DNA of 64,000 nucleotides from an uncultured Christensenella sp. (GTDB lineage Bacteria; Bacillota; Clostridia; Christensenellales; UBA1242): NCBI GenBank assembly GCA_949294455.1, contig CASFHD010000001.1, positions 76,215 to 140,214 of the forward strand, read 5' to 3'. Shown piece by piece: positions 56,317 to 64,000 of this stretch (position 1 is its first letter; each line of letters starts with the position of its first letter). The notes under the pieces were generated by a model. It saw only the letters and a program-made list of their open reading frames with translations, ran no database searches and was not told where the DNA came from. The position numbers and the translations under genes were made by a program.

Positions 56317-59118
56317 ATGCATAATGAATTATATACGACTGAATATGATGTAGAAAATCAATTTATCAAGGTAATAACTACAAATTGGTATAAATATAAC
56401 AAGATGTCTACATATGAAGAACTTGTTTTAAATTTTAGAGATAAGTTAAATCTATTAAATAAAGAAGTATTAAAAGGCAAACCTTTAACAGGTAGTGAAT
56501 TTAAAGAAATTCTTATTTTTCTTGATGGTAAATCAATATTTGAAACTTCACAACTATTGAGATCTGGAAAAATTGATATCGTAAAAAGAGATGGATATCC
56601 TGTTTATTTGAAACTGGTAGATAAAGATGTTGAAAAAAATTATTTTGAAGTTGCACATCAAATTAATACGACAGGAAAGTATATTGGCAGATTTGATGTA
56701 ACTTTATTGATTAATGGGATTCCTTTTGTACAAATTGAACTTAAAAAAACCGGTGTTGAAATTAATCAAGCTTTTAATCAAGTATTAAGATATAAAAGAG
56801 ATGGAAATTATAAAGGAATATTTAAATTTATACAATTATTCGTGATTTCGAACGAACAACATACTAGATATTTTGCAAATAATGACATAAATATTTTGAA
56901 AAGTAATTGTTTTGTGTGGTCAAACATTAAAAATGAGCCAATAAATTTACTTTATGAGTTTGAAGAGAACTTTTTATTTTGTCCTTTTTTGTATAAGGTT
57001 GTTTTCAATTATATGATAGATTCTGCGGCAGAAAGAAGATTGTATGTTATGAGACCTTATCAAATTTATGCTTTTGAAGCCTTAAAAGAAAGATGTTTAA
57101 AAAAAGATAATAATGGATATTGTTTTCATTCCACTGGTTCCGGTAAAACTTTAACATCATTTAAGTTCGCTTTTAATATGAGTTTAAATAGAAATATTGC
57201 TAAAGTATTTTTTCTGGTAGATAGAAAGGATTTGGATGACAAAACAGTTGATGATTTTAATTCATATATGTCTTCATCAGTTGATGAATTTACGAATATT
57301 AGTAAAACAGATAGTTTAATCAAAGACATAAAGAGTAATAAAAAATTAATTATTTCAACTATTAATAAAATGGCAAATGCTATTAAAGGTAAAAGAATAG
57401 ATGAATTAAAAGATTACAAAGATAAAAAAATTATATTTATGTTTGATGAATGTCATAGAAGTCAAGCAGGTGAAATGAGAAAACTTATTAGTAAGTATTT
57501 TAATAATGCTTTATATTATGGATTTACTGGAACACCAATTTTTACTGAAGAAGACGAAATAACACAAAATGCAAAATTAACATCTCTGTATTTTGGAAAA
57601 CCTGTTCACACTTATACGCTAAAAGAAGCAATTGGGGATAAAAATGTTTTACCACTTTGTATTGATTATGTTAAAACTATAAAAATAAAAAACGAAGAAA
57701 CATTTTTAGATAAGACTGTTCAAGGGATAAATTATGATGAAGTTATGATAGATCCAAAACGTATTGCTCTTGTTTCAAAAGATGTAATAGATCACTTTGA
57801 ACAAAAAACATTTGGGAGAAAATATAATGCTATTTTTGCTTGTGAATCAATTTCTTTATTAAATAAATATTATGAATACATGCTTTATAATAAAGATAAT
57901 ATAAAAATTGCAGCAATTTATTCATACGAAGCTAATGAAGATTGTAAAGAGGGTGATGTTAAAGAAGTTGCAAAAGATAAACTCGCAAAAATAATTGAAG
58001 AATACAATAAAAGGCCTGAAAACAACTCTAATTTTAGTTTAACGAGTTACGCTGCATATGAAAGAGATGTTATTAATAATTTTAGAAATAAAAACATAGA
58101 CATTCTTTTTGTTGTTGATAAGTGTTTAACAGGTATGGATTTTAGAAGATGTAGTGCATTATATTTGGATAAATCGATGAAAATGCATGGATTAATACAA
58201 GCAATATCTAGAACTATTCGTACATATGAAGAAAATAAGATTTGTGGAAATATTATATGTTATCAAACTTCTAGAAAAACAATGGATGAAGCTTTAGCAC
58301 ATTTTAACAATGATAAAGATGTTTATAATGATGTTACGATAGAACCACTGGATAAACTTATTATAAAATTAAATAATGCATTTAAATCTTGTAAAGAAAT
58401 TAGAAAATTAGCAAATTCAAAATCTGAAAAAGAACAACTTGAGTTCGTTAATGCGTTTAGAGAGTTAATGCATATTTATAACAAAATTACTAATTATATA
58501 GATTTTGATATAAATAAAACCGAAATGGATATGAAAACGTACAATGAACTTCAAGGGTTGTATAAAGACATTTATAATAGCATTGCTCCACATCCTGTAA
58601 AGGAGTCTGTTTTAAATGATGTTGATTTTGAGATATCATTACTTGGCAGGGTAAAAGTAAATTTTGATTATCTAGTAGAATTATTATTAAAATATCAAAA
58701 AGAAGATAATTACAATAAACAAAAAGTAAAAAAGAAAATAAATAGGCTTTTATTAGAAATTGTTGATAAATCAAAAAGAGAATTGTTAGAAAGATTTGTC
58801 CATTCATTTATGAATGATGATATAGAAGGATTATACGACAAAGATCCAATTATTGAATATGAAAAATATATCAACAGCGAAAAAGACAAAGATATAAAAA
58901 TTATAAGTAACAATTACAATGTTGATGCGAATAAATTGAAAAATTTAGTTGAAAGCTATGCATTTTATCAAGATACTACAGAATTAAATAAAGAAGTTGC
59001 TGAATTAATGAAAAATGTCACAAATGTAACATTGAAAGAAAGAATTAGGATATTAAATTCAATGCCAATAGATATTAAAAAGTTTTTTGATAAGTTTGAT
59101 GAGATTACACTTTACTAA
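56317..59118 (+). CDS. hsdR: Type I restriction endonuclease subunit R
   Basis: N-terminal PD-(D/E)xK nuclease motif RFDVTLLINGIPFVQIELKK. Helicase motif I HSTGSGKT, motif II FMFDECHRSQ, then FTGTP. Confidence 0.95.
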   Translation: MHNELYTTEYDVENQFIKVITTNWYKYNKMSTYEELVLNFRDKLNLLNKEVLKGKPLTGSEFKEILIFLDGKSIFETSQLLRSGKIDIVKRDGYPVYLKLVDKDVEKNYFEVAHQINTTGKYIGRFDVTLLINGIPFVQIELKKTGVEINQAFNQVLRYKRDGNYKGIFKFIQLFVISNEQHTRYFANNDINILKSNCFVWSNIKNEPINLLYEFEENFLFCPFLYKVVFNYMIDSAAERRLYVMRPYQIYAFEALKERCLKKDNNGYCFHSTGSGKTLTSFKFAFNMSLNRNIAKVFFLVDRKDLDDKTVDDFNSYMSSSVDEFTNISKTDSLIKDIKSNKKLIISTINKMANAIKGKRIDELKDYKDKKIIFMFDECHRSQAGEMRKLISKYFNNALYYGFTGTPIFTEEDEITQNAKLTSLYFGKPVHTYTLKEAIGDKNVLPLCIDYVKTIKIKNEETFLDKTVQGINYDEVMIDPKRIALVSKDVIDHFEQKTFGRKYNAIFACESISLLNKYYEYMLYNKDNIKIAAIYSYEANEDCKEGDVKEVAKDKLAKIIEEYNKRPENNSNFSLTSYAAYERDVINNFRNKNIDILFVVDKCLTGMDFRRCSALYLDKSMKMHGLIQAISRTIRTYEENKICGNIICYQTSRKTMDEALAHFNNDKDVYNDVTIEPLDKLIIKLNNAFKSCKEIRKLANSKSEKEQLEFVNAFRELMHIYNKITNYIDFDINKTEMDMKTYNELQGLYKDIYNSIAPHPVKESVLNDVDFEISLLGRVKVNFDYLVELLLKYQKEDNYNKQKVKKKINRLLLEIVDKSKRELLERFVHSFMNDDIEGLYDKDPIIEYEKYINSEKDKDIKIISNNYNVDANKLKNLVESYAFYQDTTELNKEVAELMKNVTNVTLKERIRILNSMPIDIKKFFDKFDEITLY

Positions 59119-59148
59119 AAGAAATTTAAATAAATTTCAATAAAACTA

Positions 59149-59177
59149 TTGACAGAAGTCAAAAGTGATGTTGTGAT
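59149..59177 (+). promoter_or_regulatory. Possible internal promoter for hsdS(half)-hsdM-hsdS
   Basis: TTGACA (59149..59154), a 17-nt spacer, then TGTGAT (weak -10). Confidence 0.3.
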
Positions 59178-59208
59178 ATTTATGTAAATTTCAAAAAGGA
59201 GCTAAAAA

Positions 59209-59817
59209 ATGGGCAGATTTAAACTATCTGAAATAGCAGATATTATTCAAGGAAATATCTTAACAAGAATTAAACCAAGTTCTCAATTTGACGAAATTGT
59301 TGAATTTGATTCAATCAGCATGCAAGAGTTAAGTTATATAGTTGGACAATCTGATATTTTAGAAAATACGACTAAAGTAAAAGTTGTAAAAAGCAAAGAA
59401 AGCTCTTGTGTTTTAACTAAACAAAAAGATATCGTTGTTGGGTTAAGTTCAAGAAAGGCTTTCGTAATAGATGAAACCCGTTCGAACAATCTTCTATTAT
59501 CAAACTTTGCGCTTATTAGAATTCGTAATAAAAATATTTTAGATCCACACTATTTTTGTTGGCTTATAAATGAAGATTTACAGTTTCAAAAATATATTGA
59601 CCAAAAAATGCAAGGTAGCGCTAATGTTGTTATCCTTTCAATAAATAATGTTAAGGATATTGAAATTGAATTACCAAGCATAGATAAGCAAAGGTTAATA
59701 GGAAAAATTTATGAATTAGGCAGAAAAAGAGATAGATTATCTAAAACAATATTAAAGAAAACTAGTTTAGTAAGAAACTATTTATTGATGAATTTTAATA
59801 GTAAAGGAGAAAAATAA
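59209..59817 (+). CDS. hsdS: Half-size Type I specificity subunit (single TRD + one conserved helix)
   Basis: 202 aa. Begins FKLSEIADIIQGN and ends with the conserved helix LPSIDKQRLIGKIYELGRKRDRL. The stop overlaps the hsdM ATG (TAATG). Confidence 0.8.
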   Translation: MGRFKLSEIADIIQGNILTRIKPSSQFDEIVEFDSISMQELSYIVGQSDILENTTKVKVVKSKESSCVLTKQKDIVVGLSSRKAFVIDETRSNNLLLSNFALIRIRNKNILDPHYFCWLINEDLQFQKYIDQKMQGSANVVILSINNVKDIEIELPSIDKQRLIGKIYELGRKRDRLSKTILKKTSLVRNYLLMNFNSKGEK

Positions 59818-61385
59818 TGAAAGAAATTGAATTAGAACAACAACAAAAGAAAGAACTTCATAACAAATTATGGAAAATGGCGAATTCATTACGTGGGAAT
59901 ATGGATGCTAATGAATTTAAAGACTATATATTAGGTCTGATATTTTATAGATATATTTGTGAACATGAAGAAAGTGAATTTAAAGACAAACTTCATGCTT
60001 CAATTGAAGAAGTTTATAAAGAAGCCCCTGAAAATTGCAAAGAGCTTGCAATTTCAAATTTGGGACTTGGTTATTTCATTGAGCCAAAATATCTTTTTAA
60101 AAATCTTGTAAAAGAAATATCTACTGGAAATTTTGAATTAGAAATGCTTTCAAATGCATTTAAAAATTATTCAGATTCAACAAAGGGGCAAGTTTCGGAA
60201 GATCAATTATCTGGTCTATTTAATGATGTTAATCTTACTTCAGATAAACTTGGTAAAACATATAAAGAAAAGGGTGAGCTTATTGGAAAACTTATTTCCT
60301 CTATCGATGAAATAGACTTTAATTTTATGGATAGTAGAATAGATTTGCTTGGCGATGCTTATGAATATCTTATCGGACAATTTGCTGCAAGCGCTGGTAA
60401 AAAAGCCGGTGAATTTTATACTCCACAACAAGTTTCAAGACTTTTAAGTTTGCTTGTTACTGATGATTTAACAGATGTAAAATATATCAGCGATCCTACC
60501 TGTGGTTCCGGTTCTTTGTTGATTCAAGTAGTAGAAAAATTAAAAGAAAAAAATGGCAAATATATCCATATTTATGGACAAGAATTAAACACAACAACGT
60601 GTAACTTGGCAAGAATGAATATGCTGGTTCATAATGTTAATTTTAACAAGTTTACAATTCATCAAGGTGATACTTTAAAAGCACCAAGCGATGAACAGAA
60701 AGAATATGGAAAAATGGATATAGTTGTAGCAAATCCACCATTTAGTGCTAATTGGGATCCTAATTCTTCAATGGAAAAAGATGATAGATTTTCTGGAGCA
60801 GGAAAGTTGGCACCAAAATCATATGCAGATTATGCTTTTGTTGAGCATATGATTAATAGCTTAAGTGCTACAGGTCGTATGGCTGTAGTACTTCCTCATG
60901 GCCCTTTATTTAGAGGTGGGGCTGAAGCGGTAATAAGAAAATATTTGGTAGAAACGAGAAATTATTTAGATACCGTAATAGGTCTTCCTGCTAATTTGTT
61001 TTATGGCACAAGCATTCCTGCATGTATTTGTGTATTTAAAAAAGATAAAAAAGATAGAAATGTATACTTTATAGATGCAAGTAAAAATTTTGAAAAAGGT
61101 AAAAATCAAAATTTATTGAGAGATGAAGATATTGAAAAAATTATTAATGCCTATAGAGATAAAACAGAAATTGAAAAATTTGCTCATCTTGCAACTATTG
61201 AAGAATTAAAAGAAAATGACTTTAATTTAAATATTCCAAGATATGTAGATACATTTGAAGAAGAAGAGGAAATTGATATCAACGCGGTTATGGCAGATAT
61301 CAAAAAACTGGAAAGTGAAAGAGCAGAACTTGATAAGCAAATAGAGGTTTATTTAAAAGAATTGGGCATAATTAAGGAGGGATAG
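59817..61385 (+). CDS. hsdM: Type I R-M N6-adenine DNA methyltransferase subunit M
   Basis: HsdM_N segment LWKMANSLRGNMDANEFKDYILGLIFYRY. Motif I DPTCGSGSLL. Motif IV VVANPPF. Confidence 0.95.
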   Translation: MKEIELEQQQKKELHNKLWKMANSLRGNMDANEFKDYILGLIFYRYICEHEESEFKDKLHASIEEVYKEAPENCKELAISNLGLGYFIEPKYLFKNLVKEISTGNFELEMLSNAFKNYSDSTKGQVSEDQLSGLFNDVNLTSDKLGKTYKEKGELIGKLISSIDEIDFNFMDSRIDLLGDAYEYLIGQFAASAGKKAGEFYTPQQVSRLLSLLVTDDLTDVKYISDPTCGSGSLLIQVVEKLKEKNGKYIHIYGQELNTTTCNLARMNMLVHNVNFNKFTIHQGDTLKAPSDEQKEYGKMDIVVANPPFSANWDPNSSMEKDDRFSGAGKLAPKSYADYAFVEHMINSLSATGRMAVVLPHGPLFRGGAEAVIRKYLVETRNYLDTVIGLPANLFYGTSIPACICVFKKDKKDRNVYFIDASKNFEKGKNQNLLRDEDIEKIINAYRDKTEIEKFAHLATIEELKENDFNLNIPRYVDTFEEEEEIDINAVMADIKKLESERAELDKQIEVYLKELGIIKEG

Positions 61386-61386
61386 T

Positions 61387-62079
61387 ATGGAAGTTGATAA
61401 TAAAAAAAATGACGAAAATATAATCCCTAATGATGCAGATAAGCCACAAAAAGGTGTTAATGTTCCTAATTTGAGATTCCCTTGTTTTTATTCAAAATGG
61501 GAGAAAAATAAATTTAAAAATCTTTTTGTTTTACTTAAAAATAATACATTATCTCGTGCAGAATTAAATTATAATAAAGGCAAAATAAAGAATATTCATT
61601 ATGGAGATATCTTAATAAAATTTAATGATTTTGTATTATCAAATTCGAATTCTATACCATATATAAACGATGAAAGCATTCCTAATAAATATTCAGAATT
61701 ATTGCTAAAAAATGGCGATTTAATAATTGCAGATACCGCAGAAGATTACTCAGTGGGGAAAGCTACAGAATTAATATTTAATGATAAATCTTTAATAATT
61801 TCAGGTTTGCATACAATACCTTGTCGACCAGTTCAAAATATTTTTGCTTCTAAATATTTAGGTTATTATATAAATAGTCCTAGTTATCACAATCAGTTAT
61901 TACCATTAATTCAAGGAATAAAAGTAAGTTCAATTTCTAAATCTCAAATTATTAATACTTATATCACATATCCAGATATTAAAGAACAAAATAAAATTGC
62001 AGAATTTTTAGATTTAATTGACCAACGCATTGACACCCAAAGCAAAATCATTTATATTAATTTCAAAAACAAATGGTAA
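61387..62079 (+). CDS. hsdS: Type I specificity subunit at the expression locus: TRD1 + start of the central conserved region, ending prematurely
   Basis: ATG lies 1 nt after the hsdM stop. VPNLRFPCF N-terminal motif. IAEFLDLIDQRIDTQSKII central motif, then YINFKNKW-stop. Confidence 0.85.
   Translation: MEVDNKKNDENIIPNDADKPQKGVNVPNLRFPCFYSKWEKNKFKNLFVLLKNNTLSRAELNYNKGKIKNIHYGDILIKFNDFVLSNSNSIPYINDESIPNKYSELLLKNGDLIIADTAEDYSVGKATELIFNDKSLIISGLHTIPCRPVQNIFASKYLGYYINSPSYHNQLLPLIQGIKVSSISKSQIINTYITYPDIKEQNKIAEFLDLIDQRIDTQSKIIYINFKNKW
61460..61478 (+). repeat. 5' hsdS recombination repeat, copy A (encodes VPNLRF)
   Basis: ATGTTCCTAATTTGAGATT. Its reverse complement is at 63682..63700, and a direct copy of the 17-nt core is at 63722..63738. 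Confidence 0.85.
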
Positions 62080-62581
62080 AGTTGTTGCACTTTCTGAAAT
62101 AGCCAAAGTTTACCAACCAGAAACAATCACTCAATCAAAGTTTAATGAAAATGGAAAATTTCCCGTTTTTGGTGCCAATGGGCTAATTGGACATTATAAT
62201 TTTTATAATCATGAGAACGCACAAATTTGTATAACCTGTCGTGGTGCTACATGCGGAAATGTTAATCTTTCTCTGCCAAAATCTTGGATTACAGGCAATT
62301 CTATGGTTATTAATACAGATGAATGCACTAGAATAAATAAAATGTATCTATATTATTTACTAAAAAATTATAATTTTAAAAGTATTATTTCAGGATCAGG
62401 ACAACCGCAAATTGTTAGAGAGCCTATTTCTGCAATAAAGATTAATTTACCAATAATTCAAGATCAAAACGAAATCGTTAAAATTTTGAATACATACAAT
62501 GAATTGTTAAGAAAAGAAAAAGATATACTTAAGCTTTATAAAAAGCAAAAAGCATATCTTCTTAAAAACATGTTTATATAA
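62018..62581 (+). CDS. hsdS: hsdS TRD2 + distal conserved region, in the +1 frame relative to 61387..62079 (frameshifted half; TTG start is only nominal)
   Basis: KVVALSEIAKVYQ...FGANGLIGHY...ITGNSMVINT...KLYKKQKAYLLKNMFI. No ATG or RBS of its own. Confidence 0.65.
   Translation: MTNALTPKAKSFILISKTNGKVVALSEIAKVYQPETITQSKFNENGKFPVFGANGLIGHYNFYNHENAQICITCRGATCGNVNLSLPKSWITGNSMVINTDECTRINKMYLYYLLKNYNFKSIISGSGQPQIVREPISAIKINLPIIQDQNEIVKILNTYNELLRKEKDILKLYKKQKAYLLKNMFI
62023..62052 (+). repeat. Central hsdS inverted repeat, copy A (30 bp, encodes QRIDTQSKII)
   Basis: CAACGCATTGACACCCAAAGCAAAATCATT. The exact reverse complement is at 63189..63218. Confidence 0.9.
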
Positions 62582-63719
62582 ACATATTCGAGAGCAGATA
62601 TTTTTTCTGCTCTTTTAATTTTTCCAAAATTTTATTTTCAATGGAAATTTTATTACTTATTAAATCTAAATTTTTAACAATTTCATATTGAGTATCTAAT
62701 GATGGAAGATGAATTTTGATTTTGGACAAGCTTTCAAAAGATAAGCACAATCTTACGCTTCCTTCAAGATTTTTTAATACTTCATTATTAAATTTGTTTG
62801 AATGAGAAAAGTAATCCAAATAAGATGATAAAATTCTATTGTTATTTGCTCTAAAACAAATATACATAGGACTTACTATTCCGACTTGGTTGCTTCTTAA
62901 CATTGCAATAGAGCCAACATTGATTCTTGCTGGATTATATGCAAAATCATTTTGTTTTACAATTTTATAATTTGATTTATTTGCACTTGCAACTTCATGA
63001 TCATCGAATTGTTCACTTTGAGGGATAAACCCATATTTATTACTAACTGACAAAACTTCAAAATCTTTGTTTTGTTCATTTCTATTATTCAACTGAGTAA
63101 TAATATCTCCTAAACTTGCATAATCATTGCTTTTATCGCAATAAAAATATTGATTTTCAATACTTTTTTTAAACAATTCTAAATCTTCAATGATTTTGCT
63201 TTGGGTGTCAATGCGTTGATTAATAATACTTAAAAATTCACCAATTTTTTGCTGTTCATCATAATCTGGAATGTTAATTATTATATTTTTACATACATCT
63301 TGATTGAGCTTAGGTTGGGCAGACCCAGTGTTATATTTGGCATAATCCAGATTTTCTAAATATTCTGAAAGATAATTTATATCGATTTTATTTTTAGGTT
63401 TTAACACATGAGCATGATTATTTACCCATAATTTTCCACGAACAATGAATGATACTCTATAATTTCTATCCAAAATATTAGCCCCATCTTCACTTAATAA
63501 AATGAGGTTATCATCAAATATATATGAATTAATATTATCTATAATGCCCGATGCCCCATAGTATGGATACTGTCCTTTTATTTTTTTTCTATCAATTTCT
63601 TTAATTGGTTTTCTCTGTTCATCTAGGAATATGACGCAATCATTTAGTAAACAACGATGCCATGTTGAGCTAAAACACGCAAATCTCAAATTAGGAACAT
63701 AACAACAATTACATCTCAA
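62574..63719 (-). CDS. hsdS: Inverted, promoterless full-length hsdS' cassette (two TRDs); no ATG or RBS
   Basis: VPNLRFACF ... IGEFLSIINQRIDTQSKIIEDLELFKKSIENQ ... KEQKKYLLSNMFI. The track start is a TTG directly after a stop codon. Confidence 0.8.
   Translation of the reverse strand: MRCNCCYVPNLRFACFSSTWHRCLLNDCVIFLDEQRKPIKEIDRKKIKGQYPYYGASGIIDNINSYIFDDNLILLSEDGANILDRNYRVSFIVRGKLWVNNHAHVLKPKNKIDINYLSEYLENLDYAKYNTGSAQPKLNQDVCKNIIINIPDYDEQQKIGEFLSIINQRIDTQSKIIEDLELFKKSIENQYFYCDKSNDYASLGDIITQLNNRNEQNKDFEVLSVSNKYGFIPQSEQFDDHEVASANKSNYKIVKQNDFAYNPARINVGSIAMLRSNQVGIVSPMYICFRANNNRILSSYLDYFSHSNKFNNEVLKNLEGSVRLCLSFESLSKIKIHLPSLDTQYEIVKNLDLISNKISIENKILEKLKEQKKYLLSNMFI
62591..62625 (+). terminator. 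Hairpin + T-run that can terminate the hsd operon (embedded in the 3' end of the silent cassette)
   Basis: AGAGCAGA-TATTTTT-TCTGCTCT followed by TTTAATTTTT. Confidence 0.5.
63189..63218 (-). repeat. Central hsdS inverted repeat, copy B
   Basis: AATGATTTTGCTTTGGGTGTCAATGCGTTG on the plus strand. Same codon phase as copy A. Confidence 0.9.
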
Positions 63720-63739
63720 AAGTTCCTAATTTGAGATTT
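63682..63739. repeat. Head-to-head pair of 5' hsdS repeats (copies B and C) separated by 21 bp
   Basis: AATCTCAAATTAGGAACAT (63682..63700), 21 bp, then GTTCCTAATTTGAGATTT (63722..63739). Confidence 0.85.
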
Positions 63740-64000
63740 GATAATACAATATGGCAAGAATCAACACTTGGCCAAGTTTGTACTGGATTTGATTATGGTA
63801 TAGGTGCAGAAGCTATTAATTTTGATGGATTGAATAAATATATAAGAATAACGGATATTGATGAATATAATTCTCATTTTATTGATAAGTCAAAAGTTTC
63901 ACCATCTTTTATAAACGAAAATTGTGTTGTGAAAGAAAATGATATATTATTTGCTAGAACTGGTGCAAGTACAGGTAAATCATATTTATATAATAAAAAT
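63722..64000 (+). CDS. hsdS: Third hsdS'' cassette (TRD1-type), startless; runs off the window
   Basis: Manual translation gives VPNLRFDNTIWQESTLGQVCTGFDYGIGAEAINFDGLNKYIRITDIDE...ILFARTGASTGKSYLYNKN with no stop. An in-frame TAG lies 27 nt upstream and no ATG intervenes. Confidence 0.75.

Larger units (their letters stand above)
52553..64000. mobile_element. Putative tRNA-Thr-integrated genomic (defence) island; right end beyond the window
   Basis: The tRNA 3' fragment points away from the island and keeps its native terminator. Cargo is an ATPase, XRE regulators, SLOG, T5orf172-DUF4357 and a Type I R-M with cassettes. No integrase is present in the window. Confidence 0.55.

Noticed and set aside
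62570-62585. Perfect 16-bp palindrome ATGTTTATATAAACAT as an independent recombination or regulatory site
   Set aside because: It is fully explained by two convergent hsdS ends that both encode …NMFI-stop and overlap by 8 nt. It may still take part in cassette exchange, but it is not a separate element.
52598-64000. Integrase, recombinase, transposase, reverse transcriptase or cas genes that would explain island mobility and hsdS inversion
   Set aside because: None of the listed translations shows tyrosine-recombinase (R..H..R..Y), serine-recombinase, DDE or RT (YxDD) signatures. If such genes exist they must lie beyond the right window edge.

Overview
Very AT-rich chromosomal window from an endospore-forming Firmicute. 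All family calls come from motif recognition in the supplied translations; no search or GC computation was run. Sporulation and germination markers are sleB-ypeB, spoIIR, spoIIE, a gerA-type tricistronic operon, ricT/yaaT and a TasA-like protein with a SipW-type signal.

(1) 1..8466 is one uninterrupted minus-strand ORF of more than 2,822 codons that runs off the left edge. The ORF track does not list it. It looks like a giant Asn/Tyr/Ser/Thr-rich surface protein.

(2) 8.7-44 kb is mostly core genome:
- sleB-ypeB, spoIIR, a cell-wall amidase, a His/Cys-loop metal permease and rsmI
- holB-ricT-methyltransferase, a DnaD-domain protein with dnaI, a lipid kinase, rmuC and a VanW protein
- tilS, spoIIE, and pheS-pheT with a Phe T-box leader
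- a gerA-like operon, a LURP-one/YxjI gene with two membrane-protein genes, and a BNR protein

The holB...rsmI block is interrupted by an AT-rich insert. The insert carries an orphan gene with an ADP-ribosyltransferase-like motif pattern and an iteron-like repeat array bounded by 23-bp direct repeats.

(3) 45.3-50.4 kb encodes a 1,690-aa lipoprotein built from MBG-like and a second class of repeats. An MscS channel gene follows.

(4) A 45-nt 3' fragment of a tRNA-Thr(GGU) gene lies at 52553..52597, with its native terminator. From there to the window end lies what I interpret as a tRNA-integrated defence island. It holds:
- an AAA_14/DUF4143 ATPase and two XRE repressors with repeated operators
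- a SLOG/DUF1273 protein and a T5orf172(GIY-YIG-like)-DUF4357 protein directly upstream of the restriction genes
- a Type I R-M operon, hsdR / half-hsdS / hsdM / hsdS

The distal hsdS is part of a multi-cassette inversion system, with an inverted silent hsdS' and a third cassette running off the window. It has three families of in-frame repeats. In its present orientation the expressed hsdS is split by a frameshift that one inversion would repair.

No recombinase, integrase, transposase, cas gene, CRISPR array, rRNA or intact tRNA is visible in the window.
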